A DNA stretch of 64,000 nucleotides from contig CAUYUJ010000137.1 in assembly GCA_963575745.1 (NCBI GenBank), positions 124,001 to 188,000 of the forward strand, given 5' to 3'. The translations under genes and the position numbers were made by a program. The notes under the pieces are model-generated. The model saw only the letters and a program-made list of their open reading frames with translations. It had not been told where the DNA came from and ran no database searches. Positions within the stretch are counted from its first letter, which is position 1, and each line of letters starts with the position of its first letter. This document shows positions 1 through 13,489 of this stretch, in pieces. The DNA comes from Prorocentrum cordatum (Eukaryota).

Positions 1-2381
1 GCAAAATCCGTCCTCCCACTGCTAGTGGGAGGGTTGATCACCGTCTCATATCTATGTACACCCCCTTTCCCCAAGCGACCGGCGGCCAACCAGTCGAGAA
101 CCCATGCAAAACGCACTCTGCTTCAAATTCAGAGCATGCGCAACCAACCCGATGCGGCCCCCCCCCCGCCCCCCACCCCCCACCATCCCTGTTAAAAAAC
201 AATGCAAACGACACTTCGGGGCAAGGACTTGTTGAGTCACTCTCGTGAGGCCCGCGAACACTTCGTCTTGTTTTTATTCCCGGGCGGCGGGGGGGTCAGC
301 ATAATGCCTGCTCTGCGCGGGGCTACCGCCCGTGAAAAACGTAATACCAAAAGCACCCCGCGGCAAAATCGGGAAAAATGCGCGGCCGCCCCGCGATCAC
401 AGCCAAGTTGTTCTTGACAGGGACGGCCTGGGTGGTGGCGTATGGCCCGCTGTGCGCAGGCCCACCAGACACAGACACAGTTTTATCAGCGCGAAGGAGC
501 CCCTGTGGCACGGAGGGAAGGGAAGGGAGGCGGAGGGCGGGAATGGGCGGGGGGCCAGGGATGGCGCGCGCCCGAGCGCGACGCCCCGAATTCACTACTT
601 AATCGGGCCCCCCAGGCCGCTCGGCCAGGCGCAAAACGCAGAACGACCCGTCGCTCGGCGTCGGTGCCCCCTGCGCACGCCGCCGGGAGCAACATGAGCG
701 CGGCTGCCCGCGGCGGGGGGTCTGGGACGCGCCCGCCACGAAATCAGCTCGCGAGGCGGTCCCACCGCGGGGCCCAACAACCGCAGCGCAGGCAGGCGAC
801 CCAGCGGGGCCCCTGCGAGGCCACGAGCGCGCGCCACGCGCCACGGGCGAACAGCGCCTGGCCTCTGCGGCCCCTCCCCTCCTCTGGCAGGGAGGCGAAG
901 GCAGGGCCCCCTTCGGGGCCGCTGGCACGGACAGCCCCAGTTGCTCCGGAGGCGCAGAGAGAAAACCCCGGCGCGGCGCGCCCGTTCCCGGGCTCGAGCC
1001 GCGGCGCGGGAGCCGCGGCACGGCCTTGGCGGCGGGGGTCCGCAGCGGCGGCCACGGCGGCGGTCACGACGGCCGCATCATCCGCCGCCTGGGGATTCCG
1101 CCTCCCTGCCCCTCTCGGGGGCGCGGCCGCCGCTGCCGTGGGCAGGCCCACCAGACACGATGATGGGCATTGGCTTTCGACAAGGACGGTCGGGGCCGAC
1201 ATGTTTCCCGATGTGTGCTGTCACGTGCGCAAGCGCACTTGACACACTCTGCACGTGCCCCGAACGTGGCGCATCTGGCGCGGCTAGAGTATGCGGCGCA
1301 CCTGGCGCACGCGGAGGCACGTGGCGCATCTGGCGCACCAGGAGTGCCTGGCACGCTCGGGCCCCAGGTTTGCCTGGCGCGCGTGGCGCGCCTGGCACGC
1401 GTGCGCACCTCGCCCAGCGTCGCACACATGGGCTCGGTTTGAGTTCCCAGTAGCTGCGCATCCAAAGACGACCGCTGAACATGGTGAGGCTCGGGTGGCA
1501 CATATGTGTTGTGAAGGCGGGTGGGAATGAGCTAGACGGCTTACTATCTGGAGGGTGGCTTGACCCCTCCCCCTTAACTCCTCCCCTGGGCCAACAAAAA
1601 GCGGTTGCCGCGACCCGCCGGAAAGTCCAAGATGGCCCAGGATGGCTCTAAGAGGGCCTCAGAGAGCTCAAGATGGCCTCCACGATGGTCCAAGACACGT
1701 CAAGATGGATCGAGATAGACTCCGACAGATGCCCAAGAGGCACCACGACAGCCCCAAGGCGGTTCCAAGTGCCCTTCGAACCGCCCAAGGAAGCCTCACT
1801 GATACCCAAATCCTTCAAACACTGAGTGCAACAGGACATCAATATTGTCTGCGTTTTCGCCTGTTCGCTTCCGATTGGCATCGCAGGCCTCAAAATGGCC
1901 CCTACATGGCCCAAGTGAGCCCCAAGAGGTGCCCAAAAGGGACCCCCAGAGGGCCCCAAGCAAGCCCAAAAGCGCCCCAAGACCGGCTCGAGAAGGCCCC
2001 AAATCGTAATTGTTGAGCCTCCGAGGGTGGGGGCAAGACGACCCGAAGAGGCTTCCCAGGAATCTTACTATAGCCCCAGAGAACTTTCAACAGAATGCTG
2101 CAGGAATCCCATCGACATCCTGTAAAAGAATCAACGAAATACTGCAGGGGTGTTGAATCCGTTCAGCACTGGGGGCCAAGGCGCTCCAAAGCGGTCCCAA
2201 CAGGAGCCTCCAGAAGAAAAAGCATCGAAACATCTACGGACAATTCGTGTTTTCGCGTTCTTGCCTTTTCGCTTCCGATGGCCTTCCGAGGCCTCAAGAT
2301 GGCTCGGATGCGGGGGCTGCGGGCTGGATTACTCGTCGAGGTCTGCAAACCTGGGCTCCAAGATAGCCAGGTGCAACTCCA

Positions 2382-3263
2382 CTCACTCACTCATGCCATA
2401 CGCCGGAGCGCGTGGGCGAAAGAAGACAAGACAAGGCCAGCCGATTCTCACCGCTTTGCGGGAGCGGCGGCACAACGGCGGTCGCATAAAACACAACGCG
2501 CGCGGCAGCAGGAGGAGGAGGAGGAGCAGGACGAAAGAGGGAAGACAAACGGCCGGCGAATGATACGGAACGTATCCGGCCGAAGGCTGCAGAAAGGACG
2601 CCAAAACACCGGGCATCACATGCAAGGTATGTACAAGCTACATAATGCTACTGGCGATCGGGTTCATCATCATGGTGTGCAATGTGTTCAGAAATACTTC
2701 GCCATTCGATGGGGTTTTGCAGGCGCTGCGCCCAAGTATGTTCCGGGCCAAGATGAGCAACCAAAGCCTTGTGTAGACATTTCGCCCATTCGTGTTTGGG
2801 CCTGCCTCTCCTCCTCGGGCATGCATCCACGGCTGAAAGAACAGTGCCGGGCTGAAAAGTTGCCGAAGAAAGTATGCATCTGGAGCCCGGCCAATTTTGC
2901 CAAATAGTAATATTTGTTGTTGAAGAAGTTGCGCGCTGTACTGTTTTTGGCCAGCATGTTCCAGAACTTTGCTATTCGGTACTCGCGTAATCAAGGCGGG
3001 AGGTATTCGTCGCTGGCATCTTGCTTGAAATCCTTCCAGTCTTCGCCTTTCTGCTTTGTTTAACCACGCCGTGTTTAGTGAGTACATGATTTTGGATGTG
3101 ACCAGTGCTTGGACTTGATACAGTTTTCGCTGGTTGCTCAAAGCAGTGTGTTTCCATGCTCTGTCATACTTGGAAAAGTCGGCCCAAACTGCCCCTATTC
3201 TTTTGTTTAGCTCGGTACCCAACTTGCCATTATTGTACAAAGTAGCACCCAAATATGTCATGC
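2382..3263 (-). mobile_element. 5'-truncated RTE-like LINE fragment with (TGAG)n tail and 129-bp flanking direct duplication
   Basis: ORF 2638-3261 reads YLG..ELNKRIGAVWADF..KIMYSLNTAWLNKAERRRLEGFQARCQRRI..LFGKIGR, and a shifted frame gives RRRGRPKHEWA, typical of post-RT RTE C-termini. The tail appears as ACTCACTCACTCA on + at 2381-2393. The duplication is 2253-2381 = 3272-3400. Confidence 0.85.
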
Positions 3264-4914
3264 TTCGTTTCTCGCGTTCTTGCCTTTTCGCTTCCGATGG
3301 CCTTCCGAGGCCTCAAAATGGCTCGGATGCGGGGGTTGCGGGCTGGATTACTCGTCGAGGTCTGCAAACCTGGGCTCCAAGATAGCCAGGTGCAACTCCA
3401 GGTTGCTCGAAATGGCTCCCAGATGGTCAAACAGGCACCACATTGGCCCCGCATGGGGAAACACAAAGGTACCGATGCCGCTACTCCCCTGGCCTCTCCC
3501 TGGGTGCGTTCTGACCATAATTTCGGAGCGCATTCAGCGGTGGCGACGAAAGCCTCCCAAGAGGCACAACACGGAGAAAACGGGCGAAAGGTAGCCGTAT
3601 GGGTGCACTGAAAACGAAAAGGATGAAAGCAAAACATTTGTGCTTCCAGTACATAAGCAAGAAGTATTTGGGGATGGCGGCAATGAGCCGCGTGAAAGCA
3701 AAAACACATGCGGCCTTCAAACAAATGCTTCCAATACGAACAACTTGTTGATTCCAAGCATTTGGCGCTCATCTGACCGCTTGGTGCGAGCATCATGCGT
3801 GCCTCCGCGACGGGCCGGGGCAGTCTCCCGCGGGTGGCACCCCAGAGCTGCCCCCCCCCCCCCCCCCCCCCGAGAGAGAGTTCGCGACACGGCCCGCGAG
3901 GCCCGCAAGGCATGAGTCCGTCGGATCCTGTCTCTACGTCTGGAAATGGTGCTTTTCGAGGTCGCACTTTCGGAAAATGCGGCACATGAGTGCATGGTTG
4001 CGGTAAGCGGAAAAAAGTACCTGGGCCCTCCCGACTCCCTCTTGTCCCCAGGGAAAAGGTCTGGCGGGGGGGGGGCTTGGAGAAGCTACTGGTGTACGGT
4101 CCCTCCCCCCCTCAGGCTGGGATGTGTTCGAAGACCTCAAACAGCAGCCTAGGAGGAGGAGGAGGAGGAGGAGGAGGAGGAGGAGGAGGAGGAGGAGGAG
4201 GAGGAGGAGGAGCAGGAGAAAGAGGAGCAGGAGGAGGGGGGGAACGCGCTCGGCGGAGTAGGAGTAGGAGTAGGAGTAGGAGGAGGAGGAAGAGGAGGAA
4301 AAAGGAGGATGAGGAACAAGGAGGAGGAGGAGGAGGAGGAGGACGAGGACACTGCTCGGCCCGTCCTCGGCCCGACGCAGTGGCGGACGCCCGGCGCCGC
4401 TGCATCTGAGAGCGTGCCGGCCTCGGAGCTCCAGGCACGAGGGAGGCGACGGGTCCGTCACGGGCGGCGAGCGTGTCAATAGCGGCGAGCGTGTCAATAG
4501 CGGCGAGTGTGTTAATAGGGGCGAGTGTGCTAATAGCGGCGCCCTCGCGGTCTGGATTCTGGGGCGGCCCCTCGGATACGCGCCTTGCATGTGACGTCGC
4601 CACGATGCAGTCGGGGGCGCGCAAGCATGGATGAGCGATCCATGGATCTGGCGCGCGGTCGCCAAATCCATGGATCGGGGGGGGGCCCTGCCCAAAATGC
4701 GGCCAGTGCCGCCTTGTTCGGCGGCGACAATCCGCGCTGTCCCATGGAACCGGGACCCGTCGCTGATCCGCGCCCCCTGAATCCATGTTTGCGATCGCCT
4801 GAGCCTTGCAGGTGCCGAGGCCACGACAGCAGGAGACCTCAAGGAGAGAACGGCGTGGACCCCCGCCGCTGTCGGCAGACCGCGTCCCTCCACGTTGGCC
4901 CAAACCATGCCCCG

Positions 4915-5739
4915 TGGGCGGCGCGCACAGGGGGGGTAGGGGGAAGGGGGAAGGCTTCTTAGAAGGAGCCTGCCTCTTAGAAAGCGCTAGCCTGCCATCT
5001 ACAGACAAGGACAGCACCTTCTAACAGGATGGTTCCGGAACCGAACCGAACCGGCCGAACCGAACTGGGCCGAACCGAACCAGCGCGAACCAATGTTTTT
5101 TGTCAATGGGAACCAATCCGAATCGAACCGGAAAATTACGACACCGAACCGAACCGAACCGAACCGAACCGGGACTCCGAACCGGGCCGAACCTCCCCCC
5201 GCCGAACCGGCCCGAACCGGACCGAACCGGAGCGAACCGGAAAACTGGCCACGGAGGGAGGAGGAGGGAGGATGACCGGCGGCGACGACGACGATGACGA
5301 CAACCCCCACAAACCCCCCTTTCCTTTGGGGTTTGGGGCCCCTTTGGAGCCCCTTTGGGGCCCCTATGCGGGTTTGGGGCCCCTGTGGAGCCCCTTTGGG
5401 GGTTTGGGGCCCCTTCGGGGCCCCTTTTGGGAGTTTGGGGCCCCTATGCGGGTTTGGGACCCTTTTGGGGGTTTGGGGCCCCTTTGGGGCCAGCTTGGGG
5501 CGCTCTAGCCGGAACCGGACCGAACCGGAACAAGAACCGGTCCGAACCGGAAACAAACAATAAACGTACCGAACCGAACCGAACCGGAAGATTACGACAA
5601 CGAACCGAACCGAACCGAACCAGAGGCGTTTCGGAACCTAACCGAACCGAACCGAACCGGAACTTTCCTGTTCTAAGCAGCAAGGATGCTTCCAAGAAGC
5701 CTTCCCCCCCTCCCCCTACCCCCTTCTGCGCGTGGCCGA
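4915..5739. mobile_element. Palindromic MITE family A (CTTCTAAGAAG-rich), copy interrupted by 5025-5670
   Basis: Ends TGGGCGGCGCGCACAG / CTGCGCGTGGCCGA. The core ATCTACAGACAAGG is shared with copies near 14850, 20613, 36743, 38385 and 49250. Confidence 0.75.
5025..5670. mobile_element. Non-autonomous TIR element (hAT-like ends) with (AACCG)n subterminal repeats and 6-bp TSD
   Basis: Left TIR CAGGATGGTTCCGG versus right-end reverse complement CAGGAAAGTTCCGG. TTCTAA is duplicated at 5019-5024 and 5671-5676. It splits a palindromic host element. Confidence 0.85.
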
Positions 5740-6059
5740 CCTTGGCTGCTGCCACGAACACCACACATGAACATTGTTTAAGCTGTCCTCATCCGCACTG
5801 GCATGGCATTCGCCCCACTAACCGACTGACGCGGGACGTAGGGGTGGGCTGACGGGGCTGAGATACCACGGCCCGATGTGGATAGGGATCGGATAGACGA
5901 TGCTGACACCCATGGCAACGGCGCCTCCGCTGACAAAGATAACCATGCCCTCACTCGAGAAGAGACGGCGCACTCTGAACGACATCCAGCAAACTTGTGC
6001 ATGTACGAGCAAGGCTGTCGTGCGCCCGATAATCGCCTAGCCGATCTAAACGAAGCGAC

Positions 6060-7000
6060 GTGCAGGCGTCAGAGCGAGAAAGCATGCCGGCAACAGTGGC
6101 TCAGACGCTCTCCGTCGCCTGGTCGCGGCGCCGCCACCCTGCCTGCACGGTAGCGGCAATCCGTTGCTACCAACGAGCTCCTCTCCAAGATCAACTCACT
6201 GAACAATCATGGATAGCAGCAGCCGTGCCTGTGATGGCCAGGCCAGCCTTGCCGCAGCTCCACCAAGGTCCCCACCAGCGTAAGCAGCAGCAACGCGAAC
6301 GCCTGCACGGCTGCCGGAATCCATCCCCGTCCCTCGACAAACAGTGTCAATTAAGAGAGCGGGGATGGATGCCGGCAGCCGTGCCTCGTCCGATGCCTCT
6401 GACGCCAGCACGCGGCGCCGCCAGCGCTGGTGCCGTGCCTGTACGGTTGCCGACATCCGTCGCTGCCAACGAACTCCCCTCCCAAACAAACTCACTGGAC
6501 AGCGACGGATAGCAGCAGCCGTGCCTGCCATGGCCAGGCCAACGCTGCCACAGGTCCACCAGGTGCTCCATCAGCTTAGGCGGCAGCAACGCGCCCGCCT
6601 GCACGGTTGCTGCAATCCATCCCCGTCCCAATCCCTCCTTTGACGAAAAGAGGCACAACGACTTAGGCGCGCAGTCTCGAAATGGCAAATGATTGCAACA
6701 GAGACTAGACATCGGGCACTGCCGACTCGATCAACGACCAATGTCAAGCAAGAAAGCGGGGATGGATGCTAGCAACCGCGCCTTGGCCGATACCTCCGTC
6801 GCCAACTCGCGGCGAAGCCAGCGGCGGGCATGCACGGTTGCCGCAACTCGTCGCTCCCAGCGAGCACCCCTCCAAGAAAGGCTCTATGGACGAGGACGGA
6901 GAGCGGCGAGCGTGCCTCCATGTACCGCGGCAGCACTGCAGGCAGCGCTGCATGACCTCCTCCATTGCGCAGCGCCGCCAGCTGCCAGCGCCTGCTCTAC
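6060..7000 (-). pseudogene. Decayed coding-like tandem repeats (three units; relatives at 11620-11830 and 12170-12410)
   Basis: Recurrent GATGGATGC..TGCACGGTTGCCG..CGTCGCT blocks. Minus-strand translations include ATVQAGWRRR and ATVQARHQRWRRRVLA..ARLPASIPA. Confidence 0.5.
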
Positions 7001-9719
7001 TTCCAGAATGCACTTCATTGTGATATCCTTTCGACAATGGGTGGGTCTCAATTCTACTGCATAATGGAAAGGACCTTTTTCATGCTTCGCGTGCTACCCC
7101 ACGCATCGGGGCCTTTCGACTAAAAACAAATCCACTCGATAGAAAAGGATGCTTTGCACAAAGTCTAATACATCAGCTCACATCAAGGACTCCAGATACT
7201 TTGCATAATGTCCCGCATGCAGAGATCCTGGATCGCCCCAACGAAAGAAAAACCATCCAGCGGCTTAATGTTCCATCCTCTCTGGCATCTCGGAATTAAA
7301 CCAACTCACACTTGCGCATTTCAGGCTGCCAAACACCGATCGCAGTCTGGACTTCCAGAGCATCAGCTGCTGACGACCTATCATATTTCCAACTTCGTCG
7401 GGTCCTGCCATCTATCCAATGACCTGGCACCCTGGTACTCCGCTTCTGCTTGAAAACTGCATGTTCTCCGCCGCGTGAAACTAAAGCCAATCCGCTTAGG
7501 AGTGCCCGCATATTTACGGTTTGTGAATGGGGGGCCCGGCTCTAGGTTTGCTGTTACCTTGGGACTCCGCGTCTGCTCGAGTACAACACGCAGTCGCTTG
7601 ACAAAGCTACATTCTCGTGTCAGATACATGCCAACAAAAACTTCGAACGAGACCGAGCATGAACCATAGCAGTAACATACTCCGCCAAGGTGCCTGCACG
7701 GAGGGGGCGTGCAAGAATGATCGTCCGTTGTCTGGAGGTCTCTTTGTGTTTCCTTTTCTAGGGCCACCCCCCTCGCCCCATGGGGGCCGCGTAACACAAA
7801 CATCTTACCATGGGGTGAACGGGTTCTGAGGAACGGGTCCTGGACACTGGGGCCTGCCCCCATGATACATTTGTCGTCATAGATCGCTTTCTGACACTCC
7901 CGGAGATCCGTGGAGGGCCCCAGGAGCCCGAGAACGGCGAACAATCTCAGGACCCTTCCCTCAGAACTCGCCTCCCCCATGGCGAACATCGTCCCTCCTG
8001 AACCTGCCCTCCGGCGCTTTCGTCGGCCTCTGAACGGCCGGGAGAGCTTCCAAGTCGGGCGACCAAGATTCGAGAAGGCCTTCAAGACAGCCCACGGGGC
8101 CTCCAAGACGGCCCAGGAGGGCTCCACGAGGGCCGCCGGGAGCCCAAGCGGCCCCAAAAGGCGCCCAAGAGGCCCAAGAAGACCCCAAGAGGCGCCCAAG
8201 AGGCCCCCAGGAGGGTCCCAGGAAACCCCAAGAGAACCCCCAAAAGCCTTGCCCTCCCTCTCGTCGACTTCTCCGTCTCCTCTTCCTTCTGCTGCGTGTC
8301 CTCGTCCCTGCCGCGGGACCGAGGATGGGGTCGAGTTCGCGACCCGACTCAATTCAGGCCGCTCGCGGAACTGCAGCGGGGCGTGATCTCGACCTCCCCC
8401 TTGACTCGCGGACGAAGACGATGTCGAGTTCTCACGACCCGTCCTAGTCCAGACCAGTCATCGGAATCGCGCTGCTCATACACCCATTGTCTTTCCTGGG
8501 AAGCATGAAACACACATATACTCATGGAAACAAGCAATTACGTACGCAGGCAGGTGCGCGCACAAGCAAACAAAGGCATCAACACAACTGTGTGCGCATG
8601 CCTCGAAGAAACTGACATGCAAGCTAGCATACGTGCAAGAGCGCCTTTATTTATTTTCGACGATCATGGGCATTACAAGGGGAGGGAAGGGGCCGGGGAG
8701 GGTATAATGTGTAACGCCTCCCCCCCGCCGTGTGCCCGATGCGCACGGCGGCAGTGCCCGGAGCGCACTGGGGGGGAGGGGCGTATAGGGGGGGGGGCGG
8801 GGGCTATAATGCCCATTATGCCCCAAACAATGAAGAAACACGCTCCAACCAATCAAACAAGTAAGCGGGCCAACAATCATACAAACAATACCATCAACAC
8901 AATCGAGTACGCAAGTAACGCAAGCACGTGTGATAAACAGGCAAGCAACCATTCTAGCGCGCAAGCAATCAAGAGAGCACGCAAGCAAGCAACGAGGAAC
9001 ACACAGAAGAAGAGCACGCACACACACACACACCCACCCACACGCAAACTGACAAGCAATGCGTGAGCATCCACTTAGGCATACATTCAAGCAAGCATGC
9101 AAATACCTAGGCATGAAAGCAGGCGCAAGTCAAGGCAACAGGCATCGAAACACACAACAGGAATCACCACTCAACGCCTGCGAAAATCTCAGCAATAATC
9201 TATATAGATCGGGCCCCCTCCGCCAGACAATGACGATTCGTGTCGACAGAGTCAGCAAGCTCACGTAAGCGAGCCTGTTTGGACTATCAACAACTTGGCA
9301 CATTCTCGAAATCTGAAGGGCCCTGCAACAATGTTTGTCAGCCTTCCGCGTCTGAGTTGCTCTACATACTCGGAGCGAATCTGCGAACCTCGAGCGAAAT
9401 TCGTTCAATGTGGCGAACATCCAACACAAATAATGAGATCTGTGACATTACACCGGAGAAAACCATTCGATCGTCCTTACGTGCCAGATCTGCAACCAAG
9501 CCATTCTGCGGAGTGTCCTCAGACCCCCTCAAGTTCCCTGCAATGACTAGTTACTGTAAACAGTCCGTAGAAGCCAAGCCATCCACTCAATCATTTTCTG
9601 GGGCTTGCCGCGTGACGCTTGCGGCGGCTCGAGTCATTCTGAAAATATGTGGCGTCATTTTCATGCGTTCGGCATCGGAGGGAGTAACCCGAATTGGCCC
9701 CGGGAGACATCCATTGCCA

Positions 9720-10490
9720 GGATGGCCTCCGAGACCGCCAAGAGGGGTTGAAAAAAGGCCCCAGAGCGCCCACGAGGTCCACTAGAGGCCCCCAGGAAAC
9801 CCGGAAATACCCCAGAGGCCCCCAAGAGGCCTCTAAGAGCCCCCAAGAAGCCCCTAGGAGGCTCCAAGAGGCCCAAAGAGGCACGAAGAGACCCCCAAGA
9901 GGTCGATTAGACGCCCCAAGAGGCCCCCAAGAAGTCCAGATGCTCCAAGAAGGCCCCAAGATGGCCCCAAGACGGCCCCAGAGGCCTGCAAGACGGCCCA
10001 AGACAGTCCAAGGAGGACATGCACGAGTTTTCGAGAGCGAACAACTCTGTCGTTCACCCCGTAGTTCTGACAGATGTTAGCATACTGGCCCCTTTCTGGC
10101 TGCCCGATACCCAAGACGGCGCAAAATCTCCCAGAGAGGGTCCCAAGACAGCCCAACAGGGTCCCAAGAGGGCTCCAAGACGGCTCACTGGCCAAGGGGG
10201 CTCCAAGACCACCCAAGGGGGCCACAAGACGGCCCAAGATGCCCCCAAGACGGCCCAAGAGGCCACCAAGAAGGCCCCGAGACGAGCTGGCCCTGACAGC
10301 CTTTTCCTACAGCCTTTCGATACAGACTTGTCTACCAAACCCCGAAAGGCCCTGAAAGGCCTCCAGAGGCCCCCAAGACGCCCCCGAGGGGCCCAAGAGA
10401 CTCCCAAGAGGCCACCAAAAGGTAGCCCTGCAGACAACCAAAGGCCTCGAAACAGAACTCCAAAAGGCTGCCGAGAGGCCTCCGAGAGGC
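9720..10490. repeat. Degenerate CCCAAGA-rich interspersed minisatellite family (also ~1620-2060, 8070-8250, 27000-27150, 54130-54340, 55540-55680, 61560-61820, inverted 62460-63110)
   Basis: Recurrent GGCCCCAAGA / CCCAAGACGG units. Confidence 0.85.
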
Positions 10491-13489
10491 TCCCTGCACT
10501 CTGCGCTGCTGTGCTGGCGCGGTGACGGGGCTTGCCGCGGAAGCAACCGCGCGCCCGCATTGGCTGCCACCTCCACACGACCACCTATGCCCCAGAGTCT
10601 GGGGAAATAATCAAAGTTTGACACTGCATCGCACTCTGTATGCCGACTCCATGGTTTGCCTCGGCGGCCACGTTCCTCAAGGAATCGCCACCACGGCCAG
10701 GAATATGGTAGCAGAGCAGACATGCTCTTTTTGTTCTGGACGTTGCCTTGCCGATTCTCTTTCCGTCTCTCTCTCTCTCTCTTTTTCTACTCACTGCGTA
10801 CTGTGCACATACAAGAACCTGGGGACAACCCAGCCGACCACAGTCTGCCGAACACGTTCACCAACGCCCAGAGACGGAGCTCAGAGAACATTGGGCTCAG
10901 CTGCCTAGCAGCACCGGCGAGACGCCTGGGACCCAGAGCTCAGCCGTCTACCGACATCGACGGCCATCTTTGGTCAGATCGTCTCAAACTCCTGATCGTG
11001 TGTGGAGCCCGCTGCAGCACGTCGGCCACGGGGGAGCGTTCCCATGGTCGCTTGACTATCCAACCGAGGCTGTAGGTTCGATATACACGATAGACGTGCA
11101 CAGACAAACAGGGGATCAACGGGAGAGAACAACTCATCTGCGGAGAAAAGACGCACACAAACAAACACGAGATGATGGTGAGGATGACTGTCTCGTGTGC
11201 GCAGGAGCACCAAGCACCAAGGAACAGCAGAAAAAGGAGGGGCGGCAAAGGCCATGCCTCATCTTGCAGAACACCTTGCTGAACATCAAAATAACGCCTG
11301 CACAACTGCCGCAATCCGTCGCCGCCCACGAGCGTACCCCACACGATCACTGCACTAGAAAGAGACAACAAAGAAGGAACCTCCCATTGTCAAGCCCATA
11401 CAAAGGCGCCTCCCATGTCACAAACAGCAGCAACCGTAACGTGCGAGTCGAATTGCACTTTTGCCAGAATGCATGCCTCTCCCTCGACAAGCGATAGCAG
11501 AATGCATCGGGCACGCAGTATCGTTTAGGTTAGGCGTGGAAGCCCAATTGGACATGACACGACCTCAAACATCAGCGTCCAACAGTACTCCCAAGCAACA
11601 CGGACAAATTCGTAACCGATCAACGGGCCTGGGGATGGATGCCAGTAACTGTGACTCCGTCACCACATCGCGGGGCCTTCCGCGCGCCTAGACGGCTGCT
11701 CCAGAGCGACGCTTCCCGCGTAGATAGGAGCAGCCATGCCGCTTGCTCGTGCCGCGGCAGTGCTGCTGAAGCTGCACGGCGCACCGCCACAACTCGCTAG
11801 CGCGTGCACGGCTGCAAGAGTCCCCCCTAAGTCTTCCTCAGCATGCGAGTGGCGACGTGAGGGCCATGGACAACAAGGGTGTTTCAGACATGATCGGGGG
11901 GCTGAGTTGAAGAAGAACAACTACATAACATAAACTGTTGGAACTTCGCGCGGATTCCTTGAATCTGCGCTGCACCCCTCTCCCTGGAACACGGAGCACG
12001 CCAGGTGCGTCGGCGCCGGTGACGCCGCCAGGGGGGTCCAGCGCCGATCCATGAACTGCGCGCAGAGCGAAACTTTATGCCTATGCCGGATTTTCGTCCT
12101 CGAGGGACGGGGGGGCCTTACGGTGAAGACGCCCGCTGGGCCCTAAGAGGGACTACAATCCAGCAGCAGAGAGAAGATGGATGCCGGGAGCCACGCCTCG
12201 GAATTCTCGGTCAGCGACTCGCGCCGCCAGCGGCGCGGCCAGCACGGTTGCCGCACTCCGTCGCTCCCAGGGGGCCGCCCGCAACTAGCAGGATCACTGG
12301 GCAGCGGCGGGTAGCGCATCCGCGTGCTGCGCCTGCGCTGCTGGAGCATCACCACGCTGTGCCGCATCATGCCCTCCAGCAACACTCAGCGCCTGCACGG
12401 CCGTCCCAATAGACCCATTCCGCCTCCGAGAGCAAGGCGGAAGCGAAGAGAGTAAGCCATGGCGGCTGCTCGATATGGGCAACATTGTTGAACTAGCAAG
12501 ACAATGCGGGCAAGATTGGCGTACGTGGGGCTGATCTACAGTAAGGAGCGTGAGCGAGTGGCTCAGTTTCGGTGCCATCGTCCAGACATCACATTCCCGA
12601 TGTGTGCATTCGCTCAGAAGCTAAGGGCGTGGGATTAGCATCGCGCTCCGGGTGAACATACGTCAACAAACTTTCACTTTACGAATCTCTGAGTTCCATA
12701 CATGTGCATGGTAAGAATAATCACGGTGGCTAATATCATTGCACTCTGCTTTAGGCTTCAACTCGTACACACCCCACCGAGAAATTTGACACATTCCGTG
12801 GTTGATGGTCTTGCAGATTCTCATGTCCTGGTGGGCCCCGCGATATTGCTTGGCACCCAGCGGCATAAACGTTCCACGTTGTCCGCCAAGAAGCCTGAAT
12901 AACTCTTCATGTTTGCCTGCTGGGAATGCCGATCCAACCTGCTTGCAGTGCGCCACTCCATTGGAACTTTTGAATCTCGCTTCCAGGCGTAACTCGAAGA
13001 CGCGGAAATGCTGCATTAGCTTGCGAGCCGAGCCCGTGCGTCTTAGAAGAGCGCTTCCATGCAGCACGTGCGCCTTTTCCCTCCGCGTGCCACCCTTTGG
13101 CATGCGCTGTCGTCTTGCCCCGAATGCTTAGACAATGAGTGACTTCGCCCCGCCTTGACGACACAAGCGCTCACGAGACAGGACTGCATGCGTACTCCCC
13201 AAACAGTGCTTGCACCTACGTGTTCGCACTTCTAATGCATGAATGCTGGTCTGGCTGGCTCGTCGCCGCCCCTCGCCGCCGTTCACTGAGCCCGAGTGTC
13301 TGTCCGGCCAGCTCCTCGCCGCCCGTCGACGCCATCCGTCGCAGCCCCGGTGCTGGTCAAGCTGGCTCGTCGCCGCCCGTCGCCACCCGCCGCCGCCATC
13401 CGTCGCCACCGCCCGCACGCGTCCACGCGCGCTCGTCCACTCGCACTCGTCCACCCGCATAGCGTAGATCAGCATAACAAAGCCCAGCA

